A stretch of 42,585 nucleotides of DNA from NCBI GenBank assembly GCA_937901105.1, contig CALCHD010000096.1, positions 1 to 42,585 of the forward strand, read 5' to 3'. Below, piece by piece: positions 8,162-16,722 of the stretch. Position numbers and translations under genes: made by a program. Each line of letters opens with the position of its first letter. Position 1 is the first letter of the stretch. Under the pieces are notes generated by a model. The model searched no databases. It worked only from the letters and a program-made list of their open reading frames with translations, and was not told where the DNA came from. This stretch comes from an uncultured Bacteroidales bacterium (lineage in GTDB: Bacteria > Bacteroidota > Bacteroidia > Bacteroidales > UBA932).

Positions 8162-9220
8162 ATGCAGTCAATTAAAAAAGCAAAACTGGTATTGGAAAAC
8201 GGTCTTGAGTTTCAAGGTTTTTCCTTTGGTTATGAGCAACCTGCATGTGGAGAGGTTGTTTTCAGCACCGCAATGGTCGGATATCCGGAGTCATTGACTG
8301 ACCCTTCTTATTCAGGTCAGATACTTTGTGTCACCTACCCTATTATTGGTAACTACGGTGTTCCTTCAGATGAGTTGGTAAATGGTATTTCTAAATATTT
8401 TGAGTCAGATAAGATCCAGGTTAAAGCATTGGTGATATCTGACTATTCTTTTAATTACAGCCACTGGAATGCTGCAAAGAGCTTGGACCAATGGCTTAAG
8501 GAGAACCAGATTCCAGGCATCTTTGGCATTGATACCAGAGAGCTTACAAAGACAATCAGAGAGAACGGCACAATGATGGGCAAGATTGTCCAGGATGATT
8601 GTACTGCAGAGCTTGCATGTGTAAACCCTAATGTAGTGAACCAGGTAGACGAGGTAAGCTGCAAGGAGGTTATCAGATATAACGAGGGCAAAGGCAAGAA
8701 GGTTGTTCTTTTGGATTGCGGTGTAAAGACCAGCATATTGAGAACTCTTGCAGGCAAAGATGTAGAGGTTATCAGAGTTCCTTGGAACTACGGCTTCAAT
8801 GAGCTGGAGTACGACGGACTTATCATCTCAAACGGCCCTGGCAACCCTGATTTCTGCGCAGAGGCTGTAGAGAACATCAAGGCTGCAATGGCACAGGAGA
8901 AACCAATCTTTGGAATCTGCATGGGCAACCAGCTTCTTGGAAAGGCTGCAGGAGCTTCAACCATCAAGCTTAAATTCGGCCACAGGTCACAGAACCAGCC
9001 TGTAAGAAGGGTTGGAACAACAACCTGCTATATCACTACACAGAACCACGGTTATGCACTTGACGCCGCTACACTTCCTTCAGAGTGGGAGCCAATGTTC
9101 GAGAACTTGAACGACGGCAGCAACGAGGGTATCAGACACAAGAGCAAACCATTCTTCTCTATACAGTTCCAGCCAGACGGTGTAGAGTTCCTATTTGACG
9201 AATTCATTAAAATGTTGTAA
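8162..9220 (+). CDS. carA: carbamoyl-phosphate synthase small subunit (class I glutamine amidotransferase fold) with a degenerate catalytic triad
   Basis: The N-terminus has VVFSTAMVGYPESLTDPSYSGQI. The nucleophile elbow GICMGNQLL is present, as is QNHGY. The C-terminus reads PFFSIQFQPDGVEFLFDEF where the family normally has FS.Q.HPE. It sits 6 nt upstream of carB. Confidence 0.9.
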   Translation: MQSIKKAKLVLENGLEFQGFSFGYEQPACGEVVFSTAMVGYPESLTDPSYSGQILCVTYPIIGNYGVPSDELVNGISKYFESDKIQVKALVISDYSFNYSHWNAAKSLDQWLKENQIPGIFGIDTRELTKTIRENGTMMGKIVQDDCTAELACVNPNVVNQVDEVSCKEVIRYNEGKGKKVVLLDCGVKTSILRTLAGKDVEVIRVPWNYGFNELEYDGLIISNGPGNPDFCAEAVENIKAAMAQEKPIFGICMGNQLLGKAAGASTIKLKFGHRSQNQPVRRVGTTTCYITTQNHGYALDAATLPSEWEPMFENLNDGSNEGIRHKSKPFFSIQFQPDGVEFLFDEFIKML

Positions 9221-9226
9221 TATACA

Positions 9227-12200
9227 ATGGAGAAAATTAAAAAAGTACTGCTACTAGGTTCCGGAGCGCTTAAGATCGGTGAGGCCGGAGAGTTTGATTA
9301 TTCCGGTTCACAGGCTATCAAGGCCATGAAGGACGAGGGAATTGAGACAATCCTTATCAATCCGAATATTGCAACAGTACAGACATCAGAAGGTGTTGCA
9401 GACAAAATATATTACCTTCCAGTTACCCCTTATTTTGTAGAGCAGGTTATCAAGAAGGAGCAGCCTCAGGGCATTCTTCTTGCATTCGGCGGACAGACTG
9501 CATTGAACTGTGGAGTTGAGCTTTACAGAACAGGTATCCTGGAGAAATACAACCTTAAAGTTCTTGGTACTCCTGTACAGGCAATTATGGATACAGAGGA
9601 CCGCGAGCTTTTCAACAAGAAACTTGATGAGATTGATGTAAAGACCATCAAGAGCCACGCTGTTGAGAATATTGAGGATGCTGTTGCTGCAGCAAAAGAG
9701 CTTGGCTACCCTGTTATCATCCGTGCCGCTTATGCACTTGGAGGTTTGGGTTCAGGTTTCTGCAACAATGAGGAGGAGCTTGTAAAACTTGCAGAGAAAT
9801 CATTCACATTCTCTCCACAGGTTTTGGTTGAGAAATCGCTAAAAGGATGGAAAGAGATTGAGTTTGAGGTAGTAAGGGACAAATACGACAACTGTATCAC
9901 AGTTTGTAACATGGAGAACTTCGACCCTCTAGGAATCCACACCGGAGAGAGTATCGTAGTTGCACCTTGTCAGACCCTTACAAATTCAGAGCTTCACAAG
10001 TTGAGGGACATTGCTATCAGAATTGTAAGACACATCGGCATTGTTGGTGAGTGTAACGTACAGTACGCTTTTGATACTGAGAGCGAGGATTACAGGGTAA
10101 TTGAGATCAACGCACGTTTGAGCCGTTCATCAGCACTTGCTTCAAAAGCTACAGGTTACCCACTTGCTTTCGTTGCTGCAAAAATCGGCTTGGGCTACGG
10201 CCTGTTCGAGCTCAAGAACTCGGCTACCGGCACCACCCCTGCTTTCATGGAGCCTTCATGCGACTACATCGTATGTAAGATGCCTCGCTGGGACTTGTCT
10301 AAATTCCAGGGCGTAAGCCGTGAGATTGGCTCATCAATGAAATCTGTAGGTGAGATCATGTCTATCGGACGTACTTTTGAGGAGGTTATCCAAAAAGGTA
10401 TCCGTATGATAGGCCAGGGCGCACACGGTTTCGTTGCAAACAAGGAGATTGTTGTAAAAGATATTGAGAAGGCCCTTAACCAGCCTACCGACAACCGTAT
10501 CTTTGTAATTTCAAAGGCTTTCAACGCAGGTTATACTGTAGACCAGATCCACGACCTTACCAAGATTGACAGATGGTTCCTTGAGAAACTTTACAATATC
10601 ATCATCACCGGCAAGGAGCTGATGGCATTGAACAGCACAGAGGAGCTTGGCTACGATCTTCTTAAGAAAGCCAAACGCCAGGGATTCTCTGATTTCCAGA
10701 TTGCAAGGCTTGTACTTAAAGAGCTTAACGCACAGGATTCAGACGCATCTCTATTGGAGATAAGAAAATACAGGAAATCTTTGGGTATCCTTCCTGTTGT
10801 AAAACAGATTGATACCCTTGCCGGAGAGTATCCTGCCAAGATCAACTACTTGTACTTGTCATACAGCGGCGACAAGCACGACATTGAGTTTGCAGATGAC
10901 AAGAAATCAATCATCGTTCTTGGTTCTGGTGCTTACCGTATCGGTAGCTCGGTAGAGTTTGACTGGTGCAGTGTAAATGCCCTTACCACAATCCAGAAAT
11001 GCGGATGGAGAGGCGTTATGATTAACTACAACCCTGAGACCGTATCTACAGACTACGACATGTGCGACAGATTGTACTTTGATGAGCTTACATTTGAGCG
11101 CGTACTTGATATCCACGATCTTGAGAACCCTCACGGTACAGTAGTTTCAGTAGGTGGACAGATCCCTAACAACCTTGCACTTAAACTTGATGCCAACGGT
11201 GTGAACATCCTTGGTACCCAGGCAAAATATATCGACAACGCAGAGGACCGTCACAAATTCTCATCAATGTTGGATGAGTTGGAGATCGACCAGCCTAAAT
11301 GGAAAGAGCTTTCAACAATGTCTGATGTTTACGAGTTTGTAGACAAAGTTGGATTCCCTGTATTGGTAAGACCTTCTTATGTATTGTCGGGAGCAGCAAT
11401 GAATGTCTGCTCAAACAAAGTTGAATTGGAGCAGTTCCTTAACCTTGCAGCTAACGTTTCAAAGAAACATCCTGTTGTGGTAAGTGAGTTTATCCAGAAT
11501 GCAAAAGAGATTGAGTTTGATGCAGTTGCAGACAAAGGTGAGGTTATTGCATACGCAATTTCAGAGCACATTGAGTTTGCAGGTGTCCACTCAGGAGATG
11601 CAACTATCCAGTTCCCTCCTCAGAAACTGTACATTGAGACAGCACGCCGTATCAAGAAGATTGCACGCAAGATTGCTCAGGCTCTTCAGATTACCGGTCC
11701 GTTCAATATCCAGTTCCTTGCAAAGGACAATGCAATCAAAGTTATTGAGTGTAACCTAAGGGCTTCAAGAAGCTTCCCATTTGTTTCTAAAGTTCTTAAG
11801 ATTAACTTCATTGAGCTTGCTGCTAAAGCAATGATCGGTGAGCCGTACGAGATTCCTAACAAGAGTGCATTTGACTTGGATTATGTAGGCATCAAGGCTT
11901 CACAGTTCTCATTTGCACGTCTTCTTAAAGCTGACCCTGTTCTAGGTGTTGATATGGCATCTACAGGTGAGGTAGGATGCTTGGGTGACGACACAAACGA
12001 GGCTATCCTTAAATCTATGCTTTCTGTAGGTTACAAGATTCCTCAGAAGAATATCCTTCTTTCTACAGGAGACGCAAAACAGAAGGCTGAGCTTTTGGAT
12101 GCTGCAAAACTTCTTGCAGACAAAGGATACAACCTTTACGCTACCGGCGGCTCATGGAAATACCTTGTTGAGAACAATATCCCTGCAACCAGAGTTTACT

Positions 12201-12451
12201 GGCCAACCGAGCCTTCTATGGAGCCTCAGGCAATGGACATGTTGAGCAACAAGCAGATTGATATGGTTATCAACATCCCTAAGAATCTTACCCAGGAGGA
12301 GTTGGAGAACGGTTACAAGGTAAGACGTGCTTCAGTGGACTTCAATATTCCACTTATCACCAATGCCCGTCTTGCGAGTGCGTTCATCAATGCATTCTGC
12401 AATGTGCCTCTTGAGAAGATCCAGATTAAGAGCTGGGACGAGTACAGATAA
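9227..12451 (+). CDS. carB: carbamoyl-phosphate synthase large subunit
   Basis: 1074 aa with two ATP-grasp halves (GSGALKIGEAGEFDYSG... and GSGAYRIGSSVEFDWC...), ARLSRSSALASKATGYPLA, and a C-terminal MGS-like domain. Confidence 0.97.
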   Translation: MEKIKKVLLLGSGALKIGEAGEFDYSGSQAIKAMKDEGIETILINPNIATVQTSEGVADKIYYLPVTPYFVEQVIKKEQPQGILLAFGGQTALNCGVELYRTGILEKYNLKVLGTPVQAIMDTEDRELFNKKLDEIDVKTIKSHAVENIEDAVAAAKELGYPVIIRAAYALGGLGSGFCNNEEELVKLAEKSFTFSPQVLVEKSLKGWKEIEFEVVRDKYDNCITVCNMENFDPLGIHTGESIVVAPCQTLTNSELHKLRDIAIRIVRHIGIVGECNVQYAFDTESEDYRVIEINARLSRSSALASKATGYPLAFVAAKIGLGYGLFELKNSATGTTPAFMEPSCDYIVCKMPRWDLSKFQGVSREIGSSMKSVGEIMSIGRTFEEVIQKGIRMIGQGAHGFVANKEIVVKDIEKALNQPTDNRIFVISKAFNAGYTVDQIHDLTKIDRWFLEKLYNIIITGKELMALNSTEELGYDLLKKAKRQGFSDFQIARLVLKELNAQDSDASLLEIRKYRKSLGILPVVKQIDTLAGEYPAKINYLYLSYSGDKHDIEFADDKKSIIVLGSGAYRIGSSVEFDWCSVNALTTIQKCGWRGVMINYNPETVSTDYDMCDRLYFDELTFERVLDIHDLENPHGTVVSVGGQIPNNLALKLDANGVNILGTQAKYIDNAEDRHKFSSMLDELEIDQPKWKELSTMSDVYEFVDKVGFPVLVRPSYVLSGAAMNVCSNKVELEQFLNLAANVSKKHPVVVSEFIQNAKEIEFDAVADKGEVIAYAISEHIEFAGVHSGDATIQFPPQKLYIETARRIKKIARKIAQALQITGPFNIQFLAKDNAIKVIECNLRASRSFPFVSKVLKINFIELAAKAMIGEPYEIPNKSAFDLDYVGIKASQFSFARLLKADPVLGVDMASTGEVGCLGDDTNEAILKSMLSVGYKIPQKNILLSTGDAKQKAELLDAAKLLADKGYNLYATGGSWKYLVENNIPATRVYWPTEPSMEPQAMDMLSNKQIDMVINIPKNLTQEELENGYKVRRASVDFNIPLITNARLASAFINAFCNVPLEKIQIKSWDEYR

Positions 12452-12470
12452 TATTTTAACTGAATACAGG

Positions 12471-12505
12471 AACTCGGGTATAATATGCCCGAGTTTTGTT
12501 TTTAA
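12471..12505 (+). terminator. intrinsic terminator after carB
   Basis: AACTCGGG (12471-12478) pairs with CCCGAGTT (12488-12495), followed by TTGTTTTT. Confidence 0.7.
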
Positions 12506-12511
12506 TGCCTG

Positions 12512-12594
12512 TTAAATCCCTGAACCGTGCTACCCCCCTGGCCGCAGGGGGAGGGGCCCGCACGAAGTGTGGGAGGGGTTGTTCAGGGATTTAA
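12512..12594. repeat. 83-bp GC-rich nested palindromic element (14-bp perfect terminal inverted repeat)
   Basis: TTAAATCCCTGAAC 12512-12525 pairs with GTTCAGGGATTTAA 12581-12594. Inner pairs are CGTGC/GCACG and CCCCCTG-GCCG-CAGGGGG. Four G-tracts lie at 12547-12551, 12553-12556, 12571-12573 and 12575-12578. Confidence 0.75.
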
Positions 12595-12625
12595 TGGAGG
12601 TATTAAAAACATAATATGAACATTT

Positions 12626-13684
12626 ATGATAGACATTTTATTATTGATTGCAGGGTTGGCATTAATCCTTGTAGGAGCCAATTACCTTGTAGACGGCGCC
12701 AGCCACGTAGCCAAAAGGCTGGGCATGTCTGATTTCATCATTGGAATGACCATTGTGGGTATAGGAACATCCACCCCGGAGATGGTTGTAAGTTTTGCAT
12801 CAGCAATTAAGGGCAATGCAGACATTGCAGTAGGAAACGTATTGGGATCGAACATCTTCAATGTTCTTATGATATTGGGAATAACAGCTTTGTTCACCCC
12901 TATTGCCCTTACATCAAACAACATCAAGAAAGATATTCCCTTTTCGCTTCTTGCAGCCTTTGTTTTGTGCGTGATGGGTTGCGGCACATGGCTGGACAGT
13001 ACTGCTGTAAACTCAATCTCAAGAGTCAACGGCATTATGCTGCTGAGCCTTTTTGGTGTATTCATGGCATATACCATATACTCGGGAAGTTCCCAGGCAG
13101 CACTGGCAGAGGGTGGCACTGCGCAGGAAGAACTGTCGGGAAGCAAAAAACTCCCTTCTGTATGGGTGTCGGTTGTAATGATTCTTGGAGGTCTATGCGG
13201 ATTGGTGTTTGGTGGCGACATGTTTGTAAACGCAGCATCTGCAATTGCCCGCAGCTTGGGTGTCTCTGATGCCGTAATTGCCGTAACAATTGTTGCAGGC
13301 GGTACATCAATGCCGGAACTTGCCTCTTGCATTGTTGCTGCATTGAAGAAAAATACAGACCAGGCACTTGGAAATGTAATTGGTTCCAATGTGTGCAATA
13401 TTTTCCTCATCTTGGGAGGCAGTGCAACCATCCACCCTCTTGTAATGAACGGCGTAAAACCTTTGGATCTGATTACCCTTATGGTATCATCAGTACTCGT
13501 GTTCCTGTTTGCCTTCACATTCAAGAAGAAATCAATTGACAGGATTGAGGGTGCAATGCTTGTATGCATATACATTTGTAGTGCTTACACTGCGCAGCCT
13601 ATAATTTTTGCCCATTTAGACGTCGTCCCAGTGGGCAAATGCCCATTAGGACAACGTCCCCATGGGCACAGTTTTGACAATTAA
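12626..13684 (+). CDS. CaCA-family (YrbG-like) sodium/calcium or cation antiporter, with an atypical ~35-aa C-terminal tail
   Basis: Both alpha-repeat signatures are present (GTSTPEMVVS and GTSMPELASC), with about 10 transmembrane helices. The last ~35 codons (..QPIIFAHLDVVPVGKCPLGQRPHGHSFDN) are non-hydrophobic and are encoded by the repeat at 13609-13668. Confidence 0.85.
   Translation: MIDILLLIAGLALILVGANYLVDGASHVAKRLGMSDFIIGMTIVGIGTSTPEMVVSFASAIKGNADIAVGNVLGSNIFNVLMILGITALFTPIALTSNNIKKDIPFSLLAAFVLCVMGCGTWLDSTAVNSISRVNGIMLLSLFGVFMAYTIYSGSSQAALAEGGTAQEELSGSKKLPSVWVSVVMILGGLCGLVFGGDMFVNAASAIARSLGVSDAVIAVTIVAGGTSMPELASCIVAALKKNTDQALGNVIGSNVCNIFLILGGSATIHPLVMNGVKPLDLITLMVSSVLVFLFAFTFKKKSIDRIEGAMLVCIYICSAYTAQPIIFAHLDVVPVGKCPLGQRPHGHSFDN
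13571..13578 (+). promoter_or_regulatory. -7 promoter motif TACATTTG inside the 3' end of the antiporter ORF, candidate promoter for the serine hydrolase gene
   Basis: Matches TAnnTTTG, 125 nt upstream of the ATG at 13703. Confidence 0.35.
13609..13668. repeat. two tandem 29-nt units, each bounded by TGCCCA...TGGGCA inverted arms
   Basis: Unit 1 (13609-13637) is TGCCCATTTAGACGTCGTCCCAGTGGGCA. Unit 2 (13640-13668) is TGCCCATTAGGACAACGTCCCCATGGGCA. They match at 23 of 29 positions, and each has a 6-bp arm pair with a 17-nt spacer. Confidence 0.7.
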
Positions 13685-13702
13685 CTTAAAATTTATACAG
13701 CT

Positions 13703-14872
13703 ATGAAAATTTTCAGACTATTTCTGGCAGCAGCGGTTTCTGCAGTTATGATGCAGGCCTGCTCAACAGCTCCATCGGCAGAGCAGAAGACTGATGAGGC
13801 TATTAAAGGTGTTATGGAGGAGTTCCAGGCAGTGGGCATTTCTGCTGCAGTGGTAAAGAATGGGGAGATTGTGTACAACAAGGCTTTCGGCTTCAAGAAT
13901 CTGGAGACACAGGAACCTCTTGCCACAGATGATTTCATGAGAATTGCTTCAATCTCAAAGTCATTCACTGCTACATCACTGATGCAGCTTGTAGACAAAG
14001 GTGTTGTTTCTTTGGATGCTGATGTAAGCGACCTTATAGGTTTCAAGATCAGAAACCCTCATCATCCGGAGATTCCTATCACCCTTAAAATGGTCCTTTC
14101 CCACACTGCAAGCATTAAGGATAAAGAGGATTACTTTACCCTTGACCATCTTAACCCTGCAATCTACGGTGACTGTGTTGAGTCTTACTTCGAGTACAAG
14201 CCGGGTGAGGGCTACAACTACTCAAACATGGGCTTGAACTTGGCAGGAGCAATTTTGGAGAAACTGTCGGGAGTAAGATTTGATGATTATGTGAGGGAAA
14301 ATGTGATCTGGAAACTTGGCCTTTATGGCGGCCATAACAATGACTCTTTGGATATGGGCAAATGCGCTCTTATCTACAATAAAGTGGACGGACAGTGGGT
14401 TGCTTCAGAGGGGGCTTACAGAAGCAGGGCTGAGGATATGCCTTCATACGTTATGGGATACTCTGCACCTATCTTCTCTCCTACCGGCGGCGTGAAGATT
14501 TCTGCACAGGACCTTGCAAAATATATGATGATGCACATGAACTACGGTGAGTACAACGGCGTGCGCATCATTTCACAGGAGAGCGCAAAAGCTATGCAGA
14601 CCCCTGTAAGGGTTAAAGAGGACCCTAACGCTGCAGAGTATGCACTTTGCCTTACTGAGATGGCAGGCTACGTAGATGAGGAGAAATACAATACTCCTGG
14701 CAACTACCCAATGGGCCACACCGGCGGTGCTTACGGCCTTAACAGCGTTATGATCTGGAGCCCTGCAGACAACTGGGGAATAGTTGCAATGACCAACGGC
14801 TATGTATCTGTAGAGGGAAAAAGCTTCCTTAAAACACTTACCAAAGCCATTTACAACGCAAGCATAAAGTAA
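13703..14872 (+). CDS. beta-lactamase-fold serine hydrolase (class C / PBP4-like / esterase family), lipoprotein
   Basis: Lipoprotein signal MKIFRLFLAAAVSAVMMQAC. The three family motifs are present: SxxK (ASISKSF), YxN (YSN) and HTG. Confidence 0.85.
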   Translation: MKIFRLFLAAAVSAVMMQACSTAPSAEQKTDEAIKGVMEEFQAVGISAAVVKNGEIVYNKAFGFKNLETQEPLATDDFMRIASISKSFTATSLMQLVDKGVVSLDADVSDLIGFKIRNPHHPEIPITLKMVLSHTASIKDKEDYFTLDHLNPAIYGDCVESYFEYKPGEGYNYSNMGLNLAGAILEKLSGVRFDDYVRENVIWKLGLYGGHNNDSLDMGKCALIYNKVDGQWVASEGAYRSRAEDMPSYVMGYSAPIFSPTGGVKISAQDLAKYMMMHMNYGEYNGVRIISQESAKAMQTPVRVKEDPNAAEYALCLTEMAGYVDEEKYNTPGNYPMGHTGGAYGLNSVMIWSPADNWGIVAMTNGYVSVEGKSFLKTLTKAIYNASIK

Positions 14873-14912
14873 TTCTTCCCGATAAAATCTTGACAAACAA
14901 GACAAAATAAAG

Positions 14913-14920
14913 TACTTTTG
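14913..14920 (+). promoter_or_regulatory. -7 promoter motif TACTTTTG for the SulP gene
   Basis: Matches TAnnTTTG, 45 nt upstream of the ATG at 14966. A TTG-containing stretch at about 14890 is in the right place for a -33 element. Confidence 0.45.
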
Positions 14921-14965
14921 CACCCCCAAATCAAAAAGGGCAAAATAATCTAACAAAATAAAAAA

Positions 14966-16672
14966 ATGAGCTTTAAATTTTCTGAGGTATTCCAGCCAAA
15001 GCTGTTTGAGCTTTTCAAAAAAGGAAACTACAATAAGCAGACATTCACTGCCGACCTTATTGCCGGTGTGATTGTAGGTATCATTGCCCTTCCTTTGGCA
15101 ATTGCTTTTGGTATAGCGTCTGGAGTATCACCACAACAGGGATTGATTACTGCAGTGGTTGCAGGTTTCCTTGTATCATTCTTCGGAGGTTCACACTTCC
15201 TTATTGGAGGTCCAACCGGAGCCTTCATTGTAATTGTATACGGCATTGTTGCCCAGTACGGCATCTCAGGCCTTATCATTGCAACCGTACTTGCAGGTGT
15301 TCTGCTTGTACTTATGGGTGTCTTCAAACTTGGAAGCATCATCAAGTTCATCCCTTATCCTATTGTAGTGGGATTCACCAGCGGTATTGCTGTGGTTATC
15401 TTCTCAACCCAGGTAAAGGATTTCCTTGGCTTGCAGATTGAGAACCTTCCAAGCGAGTTTATCCCGCAGTGGGGCGCCTACTTCAGCAACATGGCTACAT
15501 TCAGGCTTCATGAGTTCCTTTTGAGCTTGGGCTGCCTTCTTGTAATCATTTTCTGGCCTAGAGTAACCAAAAAGGTACCGGGATCACTTATTGCAATTAT
15601 CCTTGGTACAGCAGCCTCTATCCTATTGGCTAAATTCGCAGGTGTTGAGTTTGCTACCATTGGAAGCAAGTTTCCGGAGCTTGCAAACGGCATTGAGGTT
15701 CCAAAGCCACAGGCTCCACACATCACTTGGGAGATTGTAAAGGACATGTTCCAGCCAGCATTCACAATTGCCTTGCTTTGTGCAATTGAGTCATTGCTTG
15801 CAGCTATGGTTGCAGACGGTGTAACTGGCAAGAAGCACAACTCAAATACAGAGCTTATCGGCCAGGGTATAGCAAACATCATTACCCCATTCTTTGGCGG
15901 TATCCCTGCTACAGGTGCATTGGCAAGAACAATGGCAAACATCAACAATGGCGGTAAATCTCCTGTTGCAGGTCTTGTACACGCAATTGTACTGTTGCTA
16001 ATCTTCTTGTTCCTTATGCCATACGCAGTATACATCCCGCTTGGATGCCTTGCAGCAATCCTTGTAATGGTTGCATACAACATGAGTGAGTGGAGAACCT
16101 TCAAATACCTTCTTAAAGGTAACAAGACAGATGTATCAGTACTTCTTATCACCTTCTTCCTTACAGTAATCATAGACCTTACTGTAGCAATTGAGGTAGG
16201 ACTTGTACTTGCAATCATCCTGTTTGTAAAACGTATCTCAGAAACCTCAACCATCAAAGTCCTTGACACCGATAACGTAGCCGGTACCGAGAACGACGAG
16301 ATTGCAATGCTTGCAGACACAGAGCACCTTGACGTGGCTCCAGAGGTTGAGATCTACGAGATTGACGGACCTTTCTTCTTTGGCCTTGCCAGCAAACTTG
16401 ATGAGATTGACCACTTGCGCGAGGGCAACATCAAAGTACGTATCATCCGTATGAGAAAAGTTCCTTTCATGGACTCAACAGGACTGAACAACTTGCGCAG
16501 CCTGTGGAAACGCTCACAGAAAGACGGCGTTCAGCTTATCCTCAGCGGCGTAAACGACAACGTCCTCAAATACCTTACAAAAGTAGGCTTTGTACAGGAA
16601 CTTGGACAGGAGTTCATCTTCCCTCACATCATCCCTGCCGTTGCAAAGGCAAATGAGTTGAGCAGGAAATAA
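14966..16672 (+). CDS. SulP-family anion (sulfate/bicarbonate) permease with C-terminal STAS domain
   Basis: 568 aa. The N-terminus has ..FTADLIAGVIVGIIALPLAIAFGIASGV.., there is a polytopic membrane core, and the C-terminal STAS-like segment reads IYEIDGPFFFG...RMRKVPFMDSTGL. Confidence 0.9.
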   Translation: MSFKFSEVFQPKLFELFKKGNYNKQTFTADLIAGVIVGIIALPLAIAFGIASGVSPQQGLITAVVAGFLVSFFGGSHFLIGGPTGAFIVIVYGIVAQYGISGLIIATVLAGVLLVLMGVFKLGSIIKFIPYPIVVGFTSGIAVVIFSTQVKDFLGLQIENLPSEFIPQWGAYFSNMATFRLHEFLLSLGCLLVIIFWPRVTKKVPGSLIAIILGTAASILLAKFAGVEFATIGSKFPELANGIEVPKPQAPHITWEIVKDMFQPAFTIALLCAIESLLAAMVADGVTGKKHNSNTELIGQGIANIITPFFGGIPATGALARTMANINNGGKSPVAGLVHAIVLLLIFLFLMPYAVYIPLGCLAAILVMVAYNMSEWRTFKYLLKGNKTDVSVLLITFFLTVIIDLTVAIEVGLVLAIILFVKRISETSTIKVLDTDNVAGTENDEIAMLADTEHLDVAPEVEIYEIDGPFFFGLASKLDEIDHLREGNIKVRIIRMRKVPFMDSTGLNNLRSLWKRSQKDGVQLILSGVNDNVLKYLTKVGFVQELGQEFIFPHIIPAVAKANELSRK

Positions 16673-16681
16673 ACTGAAATG

Positions 16682-16722
16682 AAAAAAAGGATGATCCAAA
16701 ACAAAACGGATCATCCTTTTTT
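16682..16722. terminator. bidirectional intrinsic terminator after the SulP gene
   Basis: AAGGATGATCC (16687-16697) pairs with GGATCATCCTT (16708-16718). An A-run precedes the stem and a T-run follows it. Confidence 0.75.

Noticed and set aside
12682-13575. A 297-aa minus-strand ORF fully nested antisense to the CaCA antiporter. Similar long antisense ORFs occur at 15508-16320 (inside SulP), 30147-30794 (inside the MutS-like gene), 36911-37477 (inside crt), 1475-2027 (inside ilvB) and 7571-7981 (inside nfeD).
   Set aside because: Each lies entirely inside a gene with clear family motifs on the other strand. None has a recognisable motif, and they are Ser/Pro/Thr/Ile-rich, which is typical of the mirror frame of codon-biased genes. 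They lack an independent promoter motif or a sensible gene context.
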